Assembly (NCBI GenBank): GCA_947472885.1
Contig: CANJBX010000006.1
Location: 1,510 to 65,509 of the forward strand
Reading direction: 5' to 3'
DNA length: 64,000 bases
From: Hyphomicrobiaceae bacterium
GTDB taxonomy: Bacteria; Pseudomonadota; Alphaproteobacteria; Rhizobiales; Xanthobacteraceae
Shown: positions 21,394 to 33,155 of the stretch, in pieces
Layout of the letters: each line of letters starts with the position of its first letter
How positions within the stretch are numbered: the first letter of the stretch is position 1
Translations under genes and position numbers: made by a program
Notes under the pieces: generated by a model
The model's database searches: none
The model's input: the letters and a program-made list of their open reading frames with translations, nothing else
What the model was told of the DNA's origin: nothing

Positions 21394-22337
21394 CGGTAAT
21401 GGCGGGTGACGGTGCCATGAGCGGCTTCCGATTCAACAACCTTGCCGTCGGGCGTGGTGAGAACCGAGGTCATCAGGCCAAGCGAGCCGTAGCCCTGTGC
21501 CACGGTATCGGACTGTACATCGCCGTCGTAGTTCTTACAGGCCCAGACGTAGCCGCCCGACCACTTGAGTGCCGACGCAACCATGTCGTCGATTAAGCGA
21601 TGTTCGTAGGTGATTTTTTTCTCGGCGAACCTGTCCTTGAACTCGGCGTCGAATATCTGCTGGAAGATATCCATGAAGCGGCCGTCGTACTGCTTCACGA
21701 TGGTGTTCTTCGTGGAGAGGTACAGCGGATAGCCGCGGTTGAGCGCGTAGTTCATCGAGGCGCGCGCGAAGTCCGTGATCGACTCATCGAGGTTGTACAT
21801 CGCCATGGCGACGCCGGCGCCGGGGAACTTGAACACTTCGCGTTCGATCTTCTGGCCGTCTTCGCCGGTGAAGGTCAGTGTCAGCGTGCCCTTGCCGGGC
21901 ACCTTGAAGTCGGTGGCGCGATACTGGTCGCCGTAGGCGTGGCGGCCGATGATGATCGGCTTGGTCCAGCCCGGTACGAGCTTGGGCACGTTCCTGCAGA
22001 TGATCGGTTCGCGGAAGATGGTGCCGCCGAGGATGTTGCGGATGGTGCCGTTCGGCGATTTCCACATTTCCTTGAGGCCGAATTCTTTTACGCGGCCGTC
22101 GTCCGGGGTGATCGTCGCGCACTTCACGGCGACGCCCACTTCGCGGGTCTTGTTGGCGGCGTCGATGGTGATCTGGTCGTTGGTCTCGTCGCGCTTCTGG
22201 ACGCTGAGGTCGTAATAGAGGAGATCGATATCGAGGTAGGGATGGATCAGCTTGTCCTTGATGAGCTGCCAGATGATGCGGGTCATTTCATCGCCGTCCA
22301 TTTCGACGACGGGATTCTTCACCTTGATCTTCGCCAT
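21126..22337 (-). CDS. icd: NADP-dependent isocitrate dehydrogenase, homodimeric eukaryote-like type (~404 aa)
   Basis: [23 protein letters not shown].. and the rest of the sequence are characteristic of this type. Confidence 0.95.
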   Translation of the reverse strand: MAKIKVKNPVVEMDGDEMTRIIWQLIKDKLIHPYLDIDLLYYDLSVQKRDETNDQITIDAANKTREVGVAVKCATITPDDGRVKEFGLKEMWKSPNGTIRNILGGTIFREPIICRNVPKLVPGWTKPIIIGRHAYGDQYRATDFKVPGKGTLTLTFTGEDGQKIEREVFKFPGAGVAMAMYNLDESITDFARASMNYALNRGYPLYLSTKNTIVKQYDGRFMDIFQQIFDAEFKDRFAEKKITYEHRLIDDMVASALKWSGGYVWACKNYDGDVQSDTVAQGYGSLGLMTSVLTTPDGKVVESEAAHGTVTRHYRQHEKGEQTSTNSMASIFAWTRGLAHRAKLDDNADLAKFSATLEKVCIETVESGGMTKDLALLVGPDQRWLSTTGFLDKIDENLKKAMA

Positions 22338-22635
22338 GAAGGCACCTTTCGCGAACAAGTAGGGAAGGGCTGGGAATAGCGGAAGATTGACGTGAGACAG
22401 TTAAAAAAACGCCGTTCCCGCAGGACTTTGTGGCTCTATAACACTGAATGCTGCACTGCGAAAGACGCGGCGGCTGAGCTTGCTGAGTTGCGCCGATTCC
22501 GCTCATGCGCACGGATGCGGGCGTGATTTTCCTCCCTCAATTGGAAATTGGCCGCAATCGCGTTAGATTCAGGACGTCTTGCGCCGGTTGCCGTCCTCTC
22601 TGCGGAGCAACTGCACGGCGCCAGGAGGAGTTTAC

Positions 22636-23124
22636 ATGATCACCGTCCTGCTCAATCGCCGCAACTTCCTCGCTGCGAACGGCTCCGTTCTGGCAACCGG
22701 CGTTTCCTCGCTCCTGTTGCCCGCCCGCGCGCAAGGCGTCGCACCGACCGCGTCGATGTCGGGCGGATCCAACAACTACCAAAAGGGCGCGCCGATCGTT
22801 GATCGGATCGGCAAGGGTGGCTTCTGGATGACGGGCACCGTCCGCCGCGCAGGCGACGGCGCTCCGATGGCCGGGCAGCGCATCCAGATTTGGGCGCACA
22901 CGACCGAAGGGCGGGAGGAAGACCAGCGTAGTCATGGCGCCACGCTCACCGACAAGAACGGCGTGTTCCGTCTGGAGATGCCGCAGATTGTTCCTATCTT
23001 TGGCCAACCGCATGGTCACCTCGCCTATGACAGCGGTGAATTCAAAACCGTCTTTCTGCGTCCCGTGATGCGGAGCGCAAAAGATACCAGCCTTGAGGCG
23101 CACTTCGTCCTTCAGCCCGCCTGA
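22636..23124 (+). CDS. Tat-signal exported protein with an intradiol-dioxygenase-like beta-sandwich motif
   Basis: MITVLLNRRNFLAANG.. (twin-arginine). ..GFWMTGTVRRAGDGAPMAGQRIQIWAHT... AGGAGG RBS 7 nt upstream of the ATG at 22636. Confidence 0.6.
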   Translation: MITVLLNRRNFLAANGSVLATGVSSLLLPARAQGVAPTASMSGGSNNYQKGAPIVDRIGKGGFWMTGTVRRAGDGAPMAGQRIQIWAHTTEGREEDQRSHGATLTDKNGVFRLEMPQIVPIFGQPHGHLAYDSGEFKTVFLRPVMRSAKDTSLEAHFVLQPA

Positions 23125-23143
23125 CCTGGTTGGGAATGTGGGA

Positions 23144-23770
23144 ATGAGATTGGCCCGGAGAGTCCTGATCTGGGCCGTGCTTGCAGCCGCCATCGGTGTA
23201 CCGATTGCTTTTGCAATGACGAGCGATCAGCTCGCAGGGCGCGATCCGCTCTACATCCTGGCCGGATTCGCGGGGATCATCGCGCTGGGTCTCACGCTCG
23301 TTCAGCCTTTGCTGATTGCCGGATACTTACCGGGATTGTCGGCTTATCGCGGACGTCGTGCGCATCACTGGATCGGAGGCGCGCTGGTCGTGGCGGTGCT
23401 GGTCCACGTCGCGGGTCTTTGGATCACCAGTCCGCCGGACATGATTGACGCCCTTCTCTTCACATCGCCGACGCCATTCTCCCCCTTCGGTGTGATCGCC
23501 ATGTGGGCAATCTTCACCGTCGCGCTTTTGGCTGTAATCCGCCGGCGATTGGGACCGCGAACGTGGCGCATCGCTCATATGTCCCTCGCGGCGGTCATCG
23601 TCACAGGGAGCGTGGTCCATGGCATGCTGGTCGAGGGGACGATGGAGACGATGTCGAAGACGGCTCTTTGCACACTGGTCCTCGCGGCGGCCATCAAAGT
23701 CATGGCTGACCTATGGATGCGACAAAAGAAAACCCGCGCGATGAATTCATCATCGAGCGGGTCTTTTTAG
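23144..23770 (+). CDS. Ferric-reductase-like transmembrane-domain protein (MsrQ/YedZ-like, about 5-6 TM, conserved His)
   Basis: Hydrophobic segments with His in TM helices (..RRAHHWIGGALVVAVLVHV.., ..IAHMSLAAVIVTGSVVHG..). Starts about 20 nt after the previous gene. Confidence 0.55.
   Translation: MRLARRVLIWAVLAAAIGVPIAFAMTSDQLAGRDPLYILAGFAGIIALGLTLVQPLLIAGYLPGLSAYRGRRAHHWIGGALVVAVLVHVAGLWITSPPDMIDALLFTSPTPFSPFGVIAMWAIFTVALLAVIRRRLGPRTWRIAHMSLAAVIVTGSVVHGMLVEGTMETMSKTALCTLVLAAAIKVMADLWMRQKKTRAMNSSSSGSF
23726..23768. terminator. Long hairpin (ACCCGC..GATGAATTCATC..GCGGGT) with flanking A and T runs between convergent genes
   Basis: Read directly. It overlaps the last codons of 23144..23770 and lies just downstream of the 23782 stop on the minus strand. 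Confidence 0.6.
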
Positions 23771-23781
23771 TCGAACGCGTA

Positions 23782-26154
<2,373 letters not shown>

Positions 26155-26200
26155 CTATAGCATCCGCCGCTTGCCGGAGAAAGCCGCCTTGCACCGGGAT

Positions 26201-27040
26201 TTAGCCATTCCAGCGTGCCGTGACAGGTGTCTTGATCTCGGGCAGGCGGTCGTACTGGTGCAGGATCGCCGGAAGATGGCCGCTGAGCGTGCGGATCGCG
26301 CCGCCGGGTTCGGCCCGGTACGACGATGCCGGCTCGATCCCCATGGTCGCGACGTGGACGTTGTTTTCCACCAGCACGACAGGAATCGGCACCGCTGTGC
26401 CGGCCGGCAGATGCGCCATGCGGTTGTGGAACGCGGTGTCGGCGCCGATCTTGCGGCGGACCTTCAGGGGGACTGCGGCAAGCTCCGCCGCCATGCGGGT
26501 GAGGTAGCCCGTCATCGCCGCGCCGCCGCCGAGGACAACGCCGCAGCATGAGATGCGGGCGGGTGCAATTTTTGCGACTTCATCGGGTGAAAGAAACGAG
26601 CGCATATAGACCATGTTGGTCGGCTCGTTGCCGATGGTGCGGTTGTCGCCTTCCAGAAAGAAGTGGCAGGCATCGCTGGTGATGCCGGCGAACGGGTGGG
26701 CCTGAAACACCACGTCGCGCACGTCCGATACCAGCACGCGGTCATATTTGCCTGCTGCCTTGCGCAGGACATCGGCGAACAGTTCAAAGCGATACGCGTG
26801 GATCGGGCCGTGAAAACGCCGGATAAACCAGATGCGCCTGGGGATTGCGCCGTGCTGGCGCAGGTATCTGGCGAGCGCGAAATCACGCAGGCCGACCAGC
26901 ATCACGATGTCACCGCGATAGCCGGAGGCGCGCAGCGACTCGACGAAGGTGCGGACCTGATCGACGCGGAATCCGACGGCGGCGCCAAGCACCAGGCTGC
27001 GGGCGTCGGAGGGGGAAGGCGTGTCGGTCAAGTCAGGCAT
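26201..27040 (-). CDS. Hypothetical protein, 279 aa
   Basis: Long ORF with coding-like composition. ..YDRVLVSDVRDVVFQAHPF.. is faintly reminiscent of nucleotide-sugar transferase folds. No confident family. Confidence 0.5.
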   Translation of the reverse strand: MPDLTDTPSPSDARSLVLGAAVGFRVDQVRTFVESLRASGYRGDIVMLVGLRDFALARYLRQHGAIPRRIWFIRRFHGPIHAYRFELFADVLRKAAGKYDRVLVSDVRDVVFQAHPFAGITSDACHFFLEGDNRTIGNEPTNMVYMRSFLSPDEVAKIAPARISCCGVVLGGGAAMTGYLTRMAAELAAVPLKVRRKIGADTAFHNRMAHLPAGTAVPIPVVLVENNVHVATMGIEPASSYRAEPGGAIRTLSGHLPAILHQYDRLPEIKTPVTARWNG

Positions 27041-27292
27041 CCTCGTGGATCGCGCCGCCGAAAAGCCGCGGGAAGGACGAACCTATAGCGGGCCTGTCCC
27101 GTTCGACCAACGACGGATGCGAGGGAAAAACGTCCGGTTCAGCGCCGCCGCTGGTTGCGGCAAGCGGGGGCTTGAGGGGCCGGCTTGGCCGGCAGTCTGC
27201 CGTCTTATACAACCATAGGTATATATTTTTGGTCAGAGGTCACCTGAATTGCAGTCAATGCGGGCGATAGTGCCGGCTGGCTGAAAGCCTGA

Positions 27293-27326
27293 AAAAGCGC
27301 GGGGCCAAAGAGAACCTCGCGCTTTT
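27293..27326. terminator. Orphan hairpin terminator (AAAAGCGCGGGG-N10-CCTCGCGCTTTT) inside a 385-nt intergenic region
   Basis: Read directly. No annotated gene ends next to it. Confidence 0.5.
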
Positions 27327-27425
27327 GCCGCTGGCGTCGTATCGAGTGCCGCCACTGTCGGCGCGTCACGGGTTTGATCGTGACATCCATGCGGCCGGTG
27401 ATGTGTGTTTCAGTTGGAGTAAGCG

Positions 27426-28625
27426 ATGCCCGGCGCCGGGACCGACAAGACGAAGAACTGGATCGAGACGCCGGGGCCGGCGGTGGTGCTGGTGGAGCCG
27501 CAGTTGGGCGAGAACATCGGCGCGGCCGCACGCGCCATGGCGAACTTCGGGCTTTCGAGGCTTCGGTTGGTGACGCCGCGCGAAGGCTGGCCCAATCCGC
27601 GTGCCAAGGTGATGGCGGCGGGCGCCGACCGCGTCCTTGAGGGCGCGCAGCTGTTCTCTAGCCTTGCCGATGCGGTTGCCGACTGCACCTATGTGCTGGC
27701 GACGACAGCGCGCGCACACGATCAGGCCAAGCCGGTGATGTCGCCTGAGGCAGCGATCCATGAACTCGCCCCGCGCATCAGCGGTGGCGAGAAAACAGCC
27801 ATCGTATTCGGTCGCGAGCGCATTGGCCTGATGAACGACGAAGTCGCGATGGCTGACGGTATCGTGACCTTGCCGATCAATCCGGCGTTTGCCTCGCTCA
27901 ATCTGGCGCAGGCGGTAGCGGTGGTTTCCTACGAATGGCTGAAGGTGACGAGCGGTAACCTGTTGCCGCACACGACGCCGCACAAGTCGCCGAATGCGCC
28001 AAAGCAGCAGATGGCGGCGTTTCTCGCCAACCTCGAGCGTGAGCTGGATCGTGTGGAATTCTTCCGCCCGCCGGAAAAACGCGAGACGATGCTGGTCAAC
28101 CTGCGCAACATTTTCGCGCGCATGCAGGCGAGCCAGCAGGACATTCAAACGCTCTCCGGTGTTGTCATGGCGCTCTCCGACGGACGCAAGGGTCCGGCGC
28201 GTGGCGGCATCCTCGATGGCGACGAAGCAGAACGCCTGCGCAAGCTGGTCGCCGAACGTGGCCGCATCCACGTGTCGTCGGAGCGGGCGCCTGCGCGGGG
28301 CCTGGCGAAACTCCTGCGCCGCAATCCGACCGACGAGGAACGTATCCTGTGGGAGGCGCTGACGCGCCACCGCCGCTTCGCAGGGCTGGGCTTCAAGCGG
28401 CAGGTGCCGATTGGCCCGTTCGTCGCGGATCTCGTGTCGTTTCCGCTGCGCACGGTGATCGACATCGTACCGGCGACGGAGGAGGGCGAGGCGGCGGAAG
28501 CGCGCGTCGAGAAGCGCGCGTGGCTTGGCGCGCGCGATTACAAGATTCTCGAAGTTGCCGCGGCGGACATTTCACAGGATGTCGGCGCGGTACTGGAAAA
28601 GCTGGCCGACGCGGTGAAGCCGTAA
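27426..28625 (+). CDS. SpoU/TrmJ-type RNA 2'-O-methyltransferase fused to a C-terminal DUF559 (Vsr-like endonuclease fold) domain
   Basis: N-terminal ..VVLVEPQLGENIGAAARAMANFG..IVFGRERIGL..PINPAFASLNLAQAVAVVSYEW... C-terminal ..LLRRNPTDEERILWEALTRHRRFAGLGFKRQVPIGPFVADLVSF.. Confidence 0.8.
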   Translation: MPGAGTDKTKNWIETPGPAVVLVEPQLGENIGAAARAMANFGLSRLRLVTPREGWPNPRAKVMAAGADRVLEGAQLFSSLADAVADCTYVLATTARAHDQAKPVMSPEAAIHELAPRISGGEKTAIVFGRERIGLMNDEVAMADGIVTLPINPAFASLNLAQAVAVVSYEWLKVTSGNLLPHTTPHKSPNAPKQQMAAFLANLERELDRVEFFRPPEKRETMLVNLRNIFARMQASQQDIQTLSGVVMALSDGRKGPARGGILDGDEAERLRKLVAERGRIHVSSERAPARGLAKLLRRNPTDEERILWEALTRHRRFAGLGFKRQVPIGPFVADLVSFPLRTVIDIVPATEEGEAAEARVEKRAWLGARDYKILEVAAADISQDVGAVLEKLADAVKP

Positions 28626-28628
28626 CGC

Positions 28629-28952
28629 TTACTTCCCGGCCTTGATCTCGGCGACGGCCTGGCCGAGCAGCGTGTCCATCTCGGTGCGAATCTCGGAGTC
28701 GGAGATCGCCACGTTCTTGTCGGCGAAATCCTTGCTGACCTTGCGCAGCACGTCGGCGTCGCCCGGTTCGTCGAAATCGGCCACCACGACCGATTTGGCG
28801 TAGGCATCCGCGTCCGCGCCCGAAAGACCGAGCTTTCCGGCCGCCCAGTTGCCGAGCAGCTTGTTGCGGCGGGCTTCAGCCTTGAATTTGAGATCCGCGT
28901 CGTGGGCGAACTTCTTTTCGAAGCCTTCTTCGCGCTTGTCGAAGCTGCTCAT
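28629..28952 (-). CDS. DUF1476 protein, the alphaproteobacterial F1-ATPase inhibitor zeta-subunit family
   Basis: MSSFDKREEGFEKKFAHDADLKFKAEARRNKLLGNWAA.. closely resembles the Paracoccus zeta subunit N-terminus. Confidence 0.8.
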   Translation of the reverse strand: MSSFDKREEGFEKKFAHDADLKFKAEARRNKLLGNWAAGKLGLSGADADAYAKSVVVADFDEPGDADVLRKVSKDFADKNVAISDSEIRTEMDTLLGQAVAEIKAGK

Positions 28953-29279
28953 TCTGTCCCTCGTCTGAAAGTTTGTTTTGGCAATCGGATTTGTCGCCAA
29001 TTTTAGCGACAAAACAGCATGTTTCGGGCCTTGCATATAGGTGCTGGGAGGTCAAGGCAACACAGAGGATAGCGTAATATGGGCATTGCGATGATCGGTC
29101 GCGAGGGCTATGTCATGGGTACTCCGCGCGAGGTTTTTGCGTAAGGCGCGGAGGGGCAGGTTTCCCGTGTGCAGAGTGCTTGTTCAGTCGACTCTGACGC
29201 CGCCTGTTTCCGCCGCCGCGGACTTAAACTTGATGGAGCCACGGCACCAATGGATTTTCTCAAGCCACGGTATATCCCG

Positions 29280-30047
29280 ATGAGCCGCCGCCGCCGCATT
29301 TACGAAGGCAAGGCGAAGGTCCTCTATGAAGGACCGGAGCCGGGAACGTTGATCCAGCACTTCAAGGACGACGCCACCGCGTTCAATGCCAAGAAACACG
29401 AAGTGATCGAGGGCAAGGGTGTCCTCAACAACCGTATTTCCGAATACGTGTTTCAGCATCTCAACGACATCGGCGTGCCGACCCATTTCATCAAGCGTCT
29501 CAACATGCGCGAGCAGTTGATTCGCGAGGTCGAGATCATCCCGCTCGAGGTGGTGGTCCGTAACGTCGCGGCGGGTTCGCTGTCGACGCGCCTTGGCATC
29601 GAGGAAGGCACGCAACTGCCGCGCTCGATCATCGAATTCTATTACAAGAACGATGCGCTCAACGACCCGATGGTATCGGAAGAGCACATCACCGCCTTCG
29701 GCTGGGCCAACCCGCAGGAAATCGACGACGTGATGGCGCTTGCCATCCGCGTCAATGACTTCCTCTCGGGCCTGTTCCTCGGCGTCGGCATCCGTCTGGT
29801 CGATTTCAAGATGGAATGCGGGCGGCTGTGGGAAAACGAGATGCTGCGCATCGTCGTGGCCGACGAGATCTCGCCCGACTCCTGCCGGCTGTGGGATATC
29901 AAGTCGAACGAGAAGCTCGACAAGGACCGTTTCCGCCGCGACATGGGCGGTCTGGTCGAGGCCTATACCGAAGTGGCAAAGCGTCTTGGCATCATTGCCG
30001 AAGGCGAGCGTCCGCAGGGCACCGGGCCGATCCTCGTCAAGAGCTGA
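29280..30047 (+). CDS. purC: Phosphoribosylaminoimidazole-succinocarboxamide synthase
   Basis: [40 protein letters not shown].. Confidence 0.95.
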   Translation: MSRRRRIYEGKAKVLYEGPEPGTLIQHFKDDATAFNAKKHEVIEGKGVLNNRISEYVFQHLNDIGVPTHFIKRLNMREQLIREVEIIPLEVVVRNVAAGSLSTRLGIEEGTQLPRSIIEFYYKNDALNDPMVSEEHITAFGWANPQEIDDVMALAIRVNDFLSGLFLGVGIRLVDFKMECGRLWENEMLRIVVADEISPDSCRLWDIKSNEKLDKDRFRRDMGGLVEAYTEVAKRLGIIAEGERPQGTGPILVKS

Positions 30048-30161
30048 TGTCGTTGGACTGGTAATCGATTTTAACGCCGGCGCTTTTTGCGTCGGCGTTT
30101 TCGTATGTGCGGAATTTTGCGCTATAATAAGCGCAACCAGGCGGGCTAGGGAGCAGGAAAC

Positions 30162-30893
30162 ATGAGCGGCAAACACACCATCGGTCTCGTCGTGCCATTC
30201 GCCGAGGACAAGGTCCCGGACGAGGGGCTCAAGATGTATCCCGGCATCACGTTCGTGCCGCGCGGCACCGGCGTGCGCTCGCTGACGCCGGAAGGCTACG
30301 ACGCCGCCGTCGACAAGATCGTGCCCGCCGCCGAAGATCTCGCGCGCCAGGGCGTCGAAGCCGTCATGGTGATCGGCACGTCACTGACGTTCTATCGCGG
30401 CCCGGAATTCCACGACGAGTTGCTTGAGCGCGTGAAGAAGGCGACGGGCCTGCCATGCTCGACCATGAGCAAGGCGGTGGCGGACGGCCTCGATGCGGTC
30501 GGCGCGAAAAAGGTCGCGGTCTCGACCGCCTATTCCAAGGTCGTCAACGACAAGCTGACCGAATGGCTGAAGTGGCGCGGCTTCGAGGTGCAGGCGCTGG
30601 AGTCGTTCGGCATCACCGATTTCGGCGGTGGCGCGGTCGCCAAGAGCGAGGAAGAAATCATCGAACTCACGGCCAAGGCCTGTGCGGAATCGCCCAAGGC
30701 CGACGGTGTCCTGATCTCCTGTGGCGGCCTGCGGACGCTCAACTGCGCCGACCCCATCGAGAAGCGCGTCGGCCTGCCGGTCGTGACCTCGACCCAGTCG
30801 GCATTCTGGGCCGCCCTCGGGCTGGTCGGCGAATCGGGCCGAATTCCGGGCTATGGCCGCATGCTGGCGGAACAAAGCGCCCCAAAACCGTAA
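30162..30893 (+). CDS. Asp/Glu-racemase-superfamily protein, arylmalonate decarboxylase / maleate isomerase-like (single catalytic Cys)
   Basis: 243 aa. ..VMVIGTSLTF.. (no Cys at the first catalytic position) and ..VLISCGGLRT.. (Cys187). Confidence 0.7.
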   Translation: MSGKHTIGLVVPFAEDKVPDEGLKMYPGITFVPRGTGVRSLTPEGYDAAVDKIVPAAEDLARQGVEAVMVIGTSLTFYRGPEFHDELLERVKKATGLPCSTMSKAVADGLDAVGAKKVAVSTAYSKVVNDKLTEWLKWRGFEVQALESFGITDFGGGAVAKSEEEIIELTAKACAESPKADGVLISCGGLRTLNCADPIEKRVGLPVVTSTQSAFWAALGLVGESGRIPGYGRMLAEQSAPKP

Positions 30894-31021
30894 TTTTACG
30901 CTGTGAAACGTCAAAGAGAGGTTCGCCGGGCTTGACCCGGCAATCCATCTTTTTGAAAACAGGTTACCTCAGAGGGTAACTTCCCGGTGGCGACCTTGCC
31001 GGTGTGAATCGAAAGCCAGTC

Positions 31022-31264
31022 ATGAAAGCCCGTGTCACCGTTACGTTGAAGTCCGGCGTCCTCGATCCGCAGGGCAAGGCCATCGAAGGCGCGCTCAGGT
31101 CGCTCGGGATTTCCGGCGTCGCCAGCGTGCGGCAGGGCAAGGTGTTCGACATCGAGATCGACGGTGGCGACGCTGCCGCGGCCGAAGCCGCGCTCAAGGA
31201 TGCCGCCGACAAGCTCCTCGCCAACACCGTGATCGAGAATTACCGGGTCGAGGTCCTGCCGTGA
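31022..31264 (+). CDS. purS: Phosphoribosylformylglycinamidine synthase subunit PurS
   Basis: MKARVTVTLKSGVLDPQGKAIEGALRSLG.. Confidence 0.92.
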   Translation: MKARVTVTLKSGVLDPQGKAIEGALRSLGISGVASVRQGKVFDIEIDGGDAAAAEAALKDAADKLLANTVIENYRVEVLP

Positions 31265-31809
31265 CCCGCGCGCGCGCCGTATCCTTTGCGCTCGGCGCGC
31301 TGATGCTGGTGGTTGGTGTGCGTGCCGTTGCGTCTGCCGGGCTTCCGGAGGCGCGGGCAAAATTCACTGAAGTAAAGTGGCCCTTCCTTCTGGATCAGTG
31401 GGGCACCGGCCACGCTTATCGCTGTGCCGCCGATGCCTGTGGCGTCGAGGTCAATGTGTTCGTGCGCGCCAAGATCGGTTTCTGCAATTGCGCGACCGGC
31501 GTGTCCGACGACGCCGAACTTGATCGCGTCGGCGATGTCAGCCTCATCAGCGACAAATTTTCCGGCATCCGCGAAAGCGAGCCGGTGAAGGTCGGCTGGA
31601 TGAGCGGCCGCAGCCGCCTGTTCGATGTCGCGCCACCGTTCGCGCCGCCTCGCGCTGCGCTGGCCGTCGCCATCAATGACAAGTGCGACGTGATTGTCGC
31701 GACGGTGACGTCGGGCCGTGACGTCCCGCCGGAAGCGCGGCAAGCCGCGCTGGCGTTCCTCAACACCGATACCGTGCTGAACTGGGCGCGGCGCGAACTG
31801 GGGCTTTAG
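31261..31809 (+). CDS. Hypothetical exported or membrane-anchored Cys-containing protein, 182 aa
   Basis: The GTG start overlaps the purS stop (GTGA). N-terminal hydrophobic segment, 5 Cys. Confidence 0.6.
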   Translation: MTRARAVSFALGALMLVVGVRAVASAGLPEARAKFTEVKWPFLLDQWGTGHAYRCAADACGVEVNVFVRAKIGFCNCATGVSDDAELDRVGDVSLISDKFSGIRESEPVKVGWMSGRSRLFDVAPPFAPPRAALAVAINDKCDVIVATVTSGRDVPPEARQAALAFLNTDTVLNWARRELGL

Positions 31810-32457
31810 GTGCGTTTGTTTGCGAATATTGTCATTGCCGGTTTTGCGCTGATCGCCTCGCTGACCAGCGCAGTTGCGCAACAGGCGGTTCCGGAGCGCA
31901 AGCCGTGCGTCGTGATCCGCGTGCAGCCGGATGCTGTTCTGGAGCGATGCAACGACACCTTGCGTTCGCTCAGTATCGTCATGCGGGATATCCGCAGGCA
32001 GGGTTCGGTCGATTCCACCGGCCGGGTGAACTTCACATGCCCGGTCGAAGCCATGTGCGAAGGCGATCCGCTGATTTCGGCCTGGCTGGTCGATCCCCGG
32101 ACCTGGACCCGCAGCGCCCGCGACGAGGACGCAATCTTTGCGCTGGTGCAGACGCCGCCGGTGGTAACGGCGCGTCCGCGCACCGGCCCGGAGCAGCCGC
32201 GCCCGAATTCCACCTGCCCGATATTCGACGTGCAGGTTGCGGCCATCCCCGGCCGCGGGGTGTGCTACGAGTCGGGCGATCCGAAATCCAGCGGGCTTGT
32301 GATTGTGGCGGCGGACGCCGATATCGGTTTTTTGCTGTTTTTCCGGCATGGCAATATGAACTCGCAGGCGCTGCGCGAAAAGGTGTTGACGATGGTTCCG
32401 CACTTTCAAATCGACGTTGCGACCGGCGACGGCGAACTGTTTAGGTGGATGCGATGA
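31810..32457 (+). CDS. Hypothetical secreted Cys-rich protein, 215 aa
   Basis: The GTG start immediately follows the previous stop (TAGGTG). Sec-type signal ..[13 protein letters not shown].., 7 Cys. The 3' end overlaps the purQ start. Confidence 0.6.
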   Translation: MRLFANIVIAGFALIASLTSAVAQQAVPERKPCVVIRVQPDAVLERCNDTLRSLSIVMRDIRRQGSVDSTGRVNFTCPVEAMCEGDPLISAWLVDPRTWTRSARDEDAIFALVQTPPVVTARPRTGPEQPRPNSTCPIFDVQVAAIPGRGVCYESGDPKSSGLVIVAADADIGFLLFFRHGNMNSQALREKVLTMVPHFQIDVATGDGELFRWMR

Positions 32458-33155
32458 AATCAGCCGTTCTCGTTTTTCCGGGCATCAATCGCGAGCGCGA
32501 CATGGCGCGCGCGCTCAAGCTCATTTCCGGCCAAGAGCCGGCGATGGTCTGGCACGCCGACACCGCGTTGCCGGCGGGTACCGATCTCGTCGTCGTGCCG
32601 GGCGGATTTTCCTATGGCGATTACCTGCGCTGCGGCGCGATTGCCGGACGTGCGCCGATCATGGATGCGGTTCGGAAATTCGCCGCCGATGGCGGTCTCG
32701 TACTTGGTGTTTGCAACGGGTTCCAGATTCTCTGCGAGTCGGGCCTGCTGCCGGGTGTTCTCGTGCGCAACGCAGCGCTCAAATTCATCTGCCGCGATGT
32801 CTACCTGAAGGTGGAACATTCCAATTCGCCGTTCACGCGTGGCTACAACGCGGGACAGATTATCCGTGTGCCGGTTGCGCACGGCGAGGGCAACTACATC
32901 GCCGACGAAGAAACCATCCGCCGTCTCGAAGGCGAGGGGCGTGTGCTCTATCGCTACGCATCGCCCGAAGGCGTTGTCGATCCGAAATGGAATTTCAACG
33001 GCGCGACAAACGCGATCTGCGGCATCACCAACGACCGCGGCAACGTGTTTGGCATGATGCCGCACCCGGAAAATCACGTCGAAGCCATCATGGGCCGCAC
33101 CGATGGGCGCGGGCTGTTCTCCGGGCTGGTCGAACATCTCAAGCAGGCGGCGTGA
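32454..33155 (+). CDS. purQ: Phosphoribosylformylglycinamidine synthase subunit PurQ (glutaminase)
   Basis: [35 protein letters not shown]... An alternative ATG lies at 32445. Confidence 0.93.
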   Translation: MKSAVLVFPGINRERDMARALKLISGQEPAMVWHADTALPAGTDLVVVPGGFSYGDYLRCGAIAGRAPIMDAVRKFAADGGLVLGVCNGFQILCESGLLPGVLVRNAALKFICRDVYLKVEHSNSPFTRGYNAGQIIRVPVAHGEGNYIADEETIRRLEGEGRVLYRYASPEGVVDPKWNFNGATNAICGITNDRGNVFGMMPHPENHVEAIMGRTDGRGLFSGLVEHLKQAA

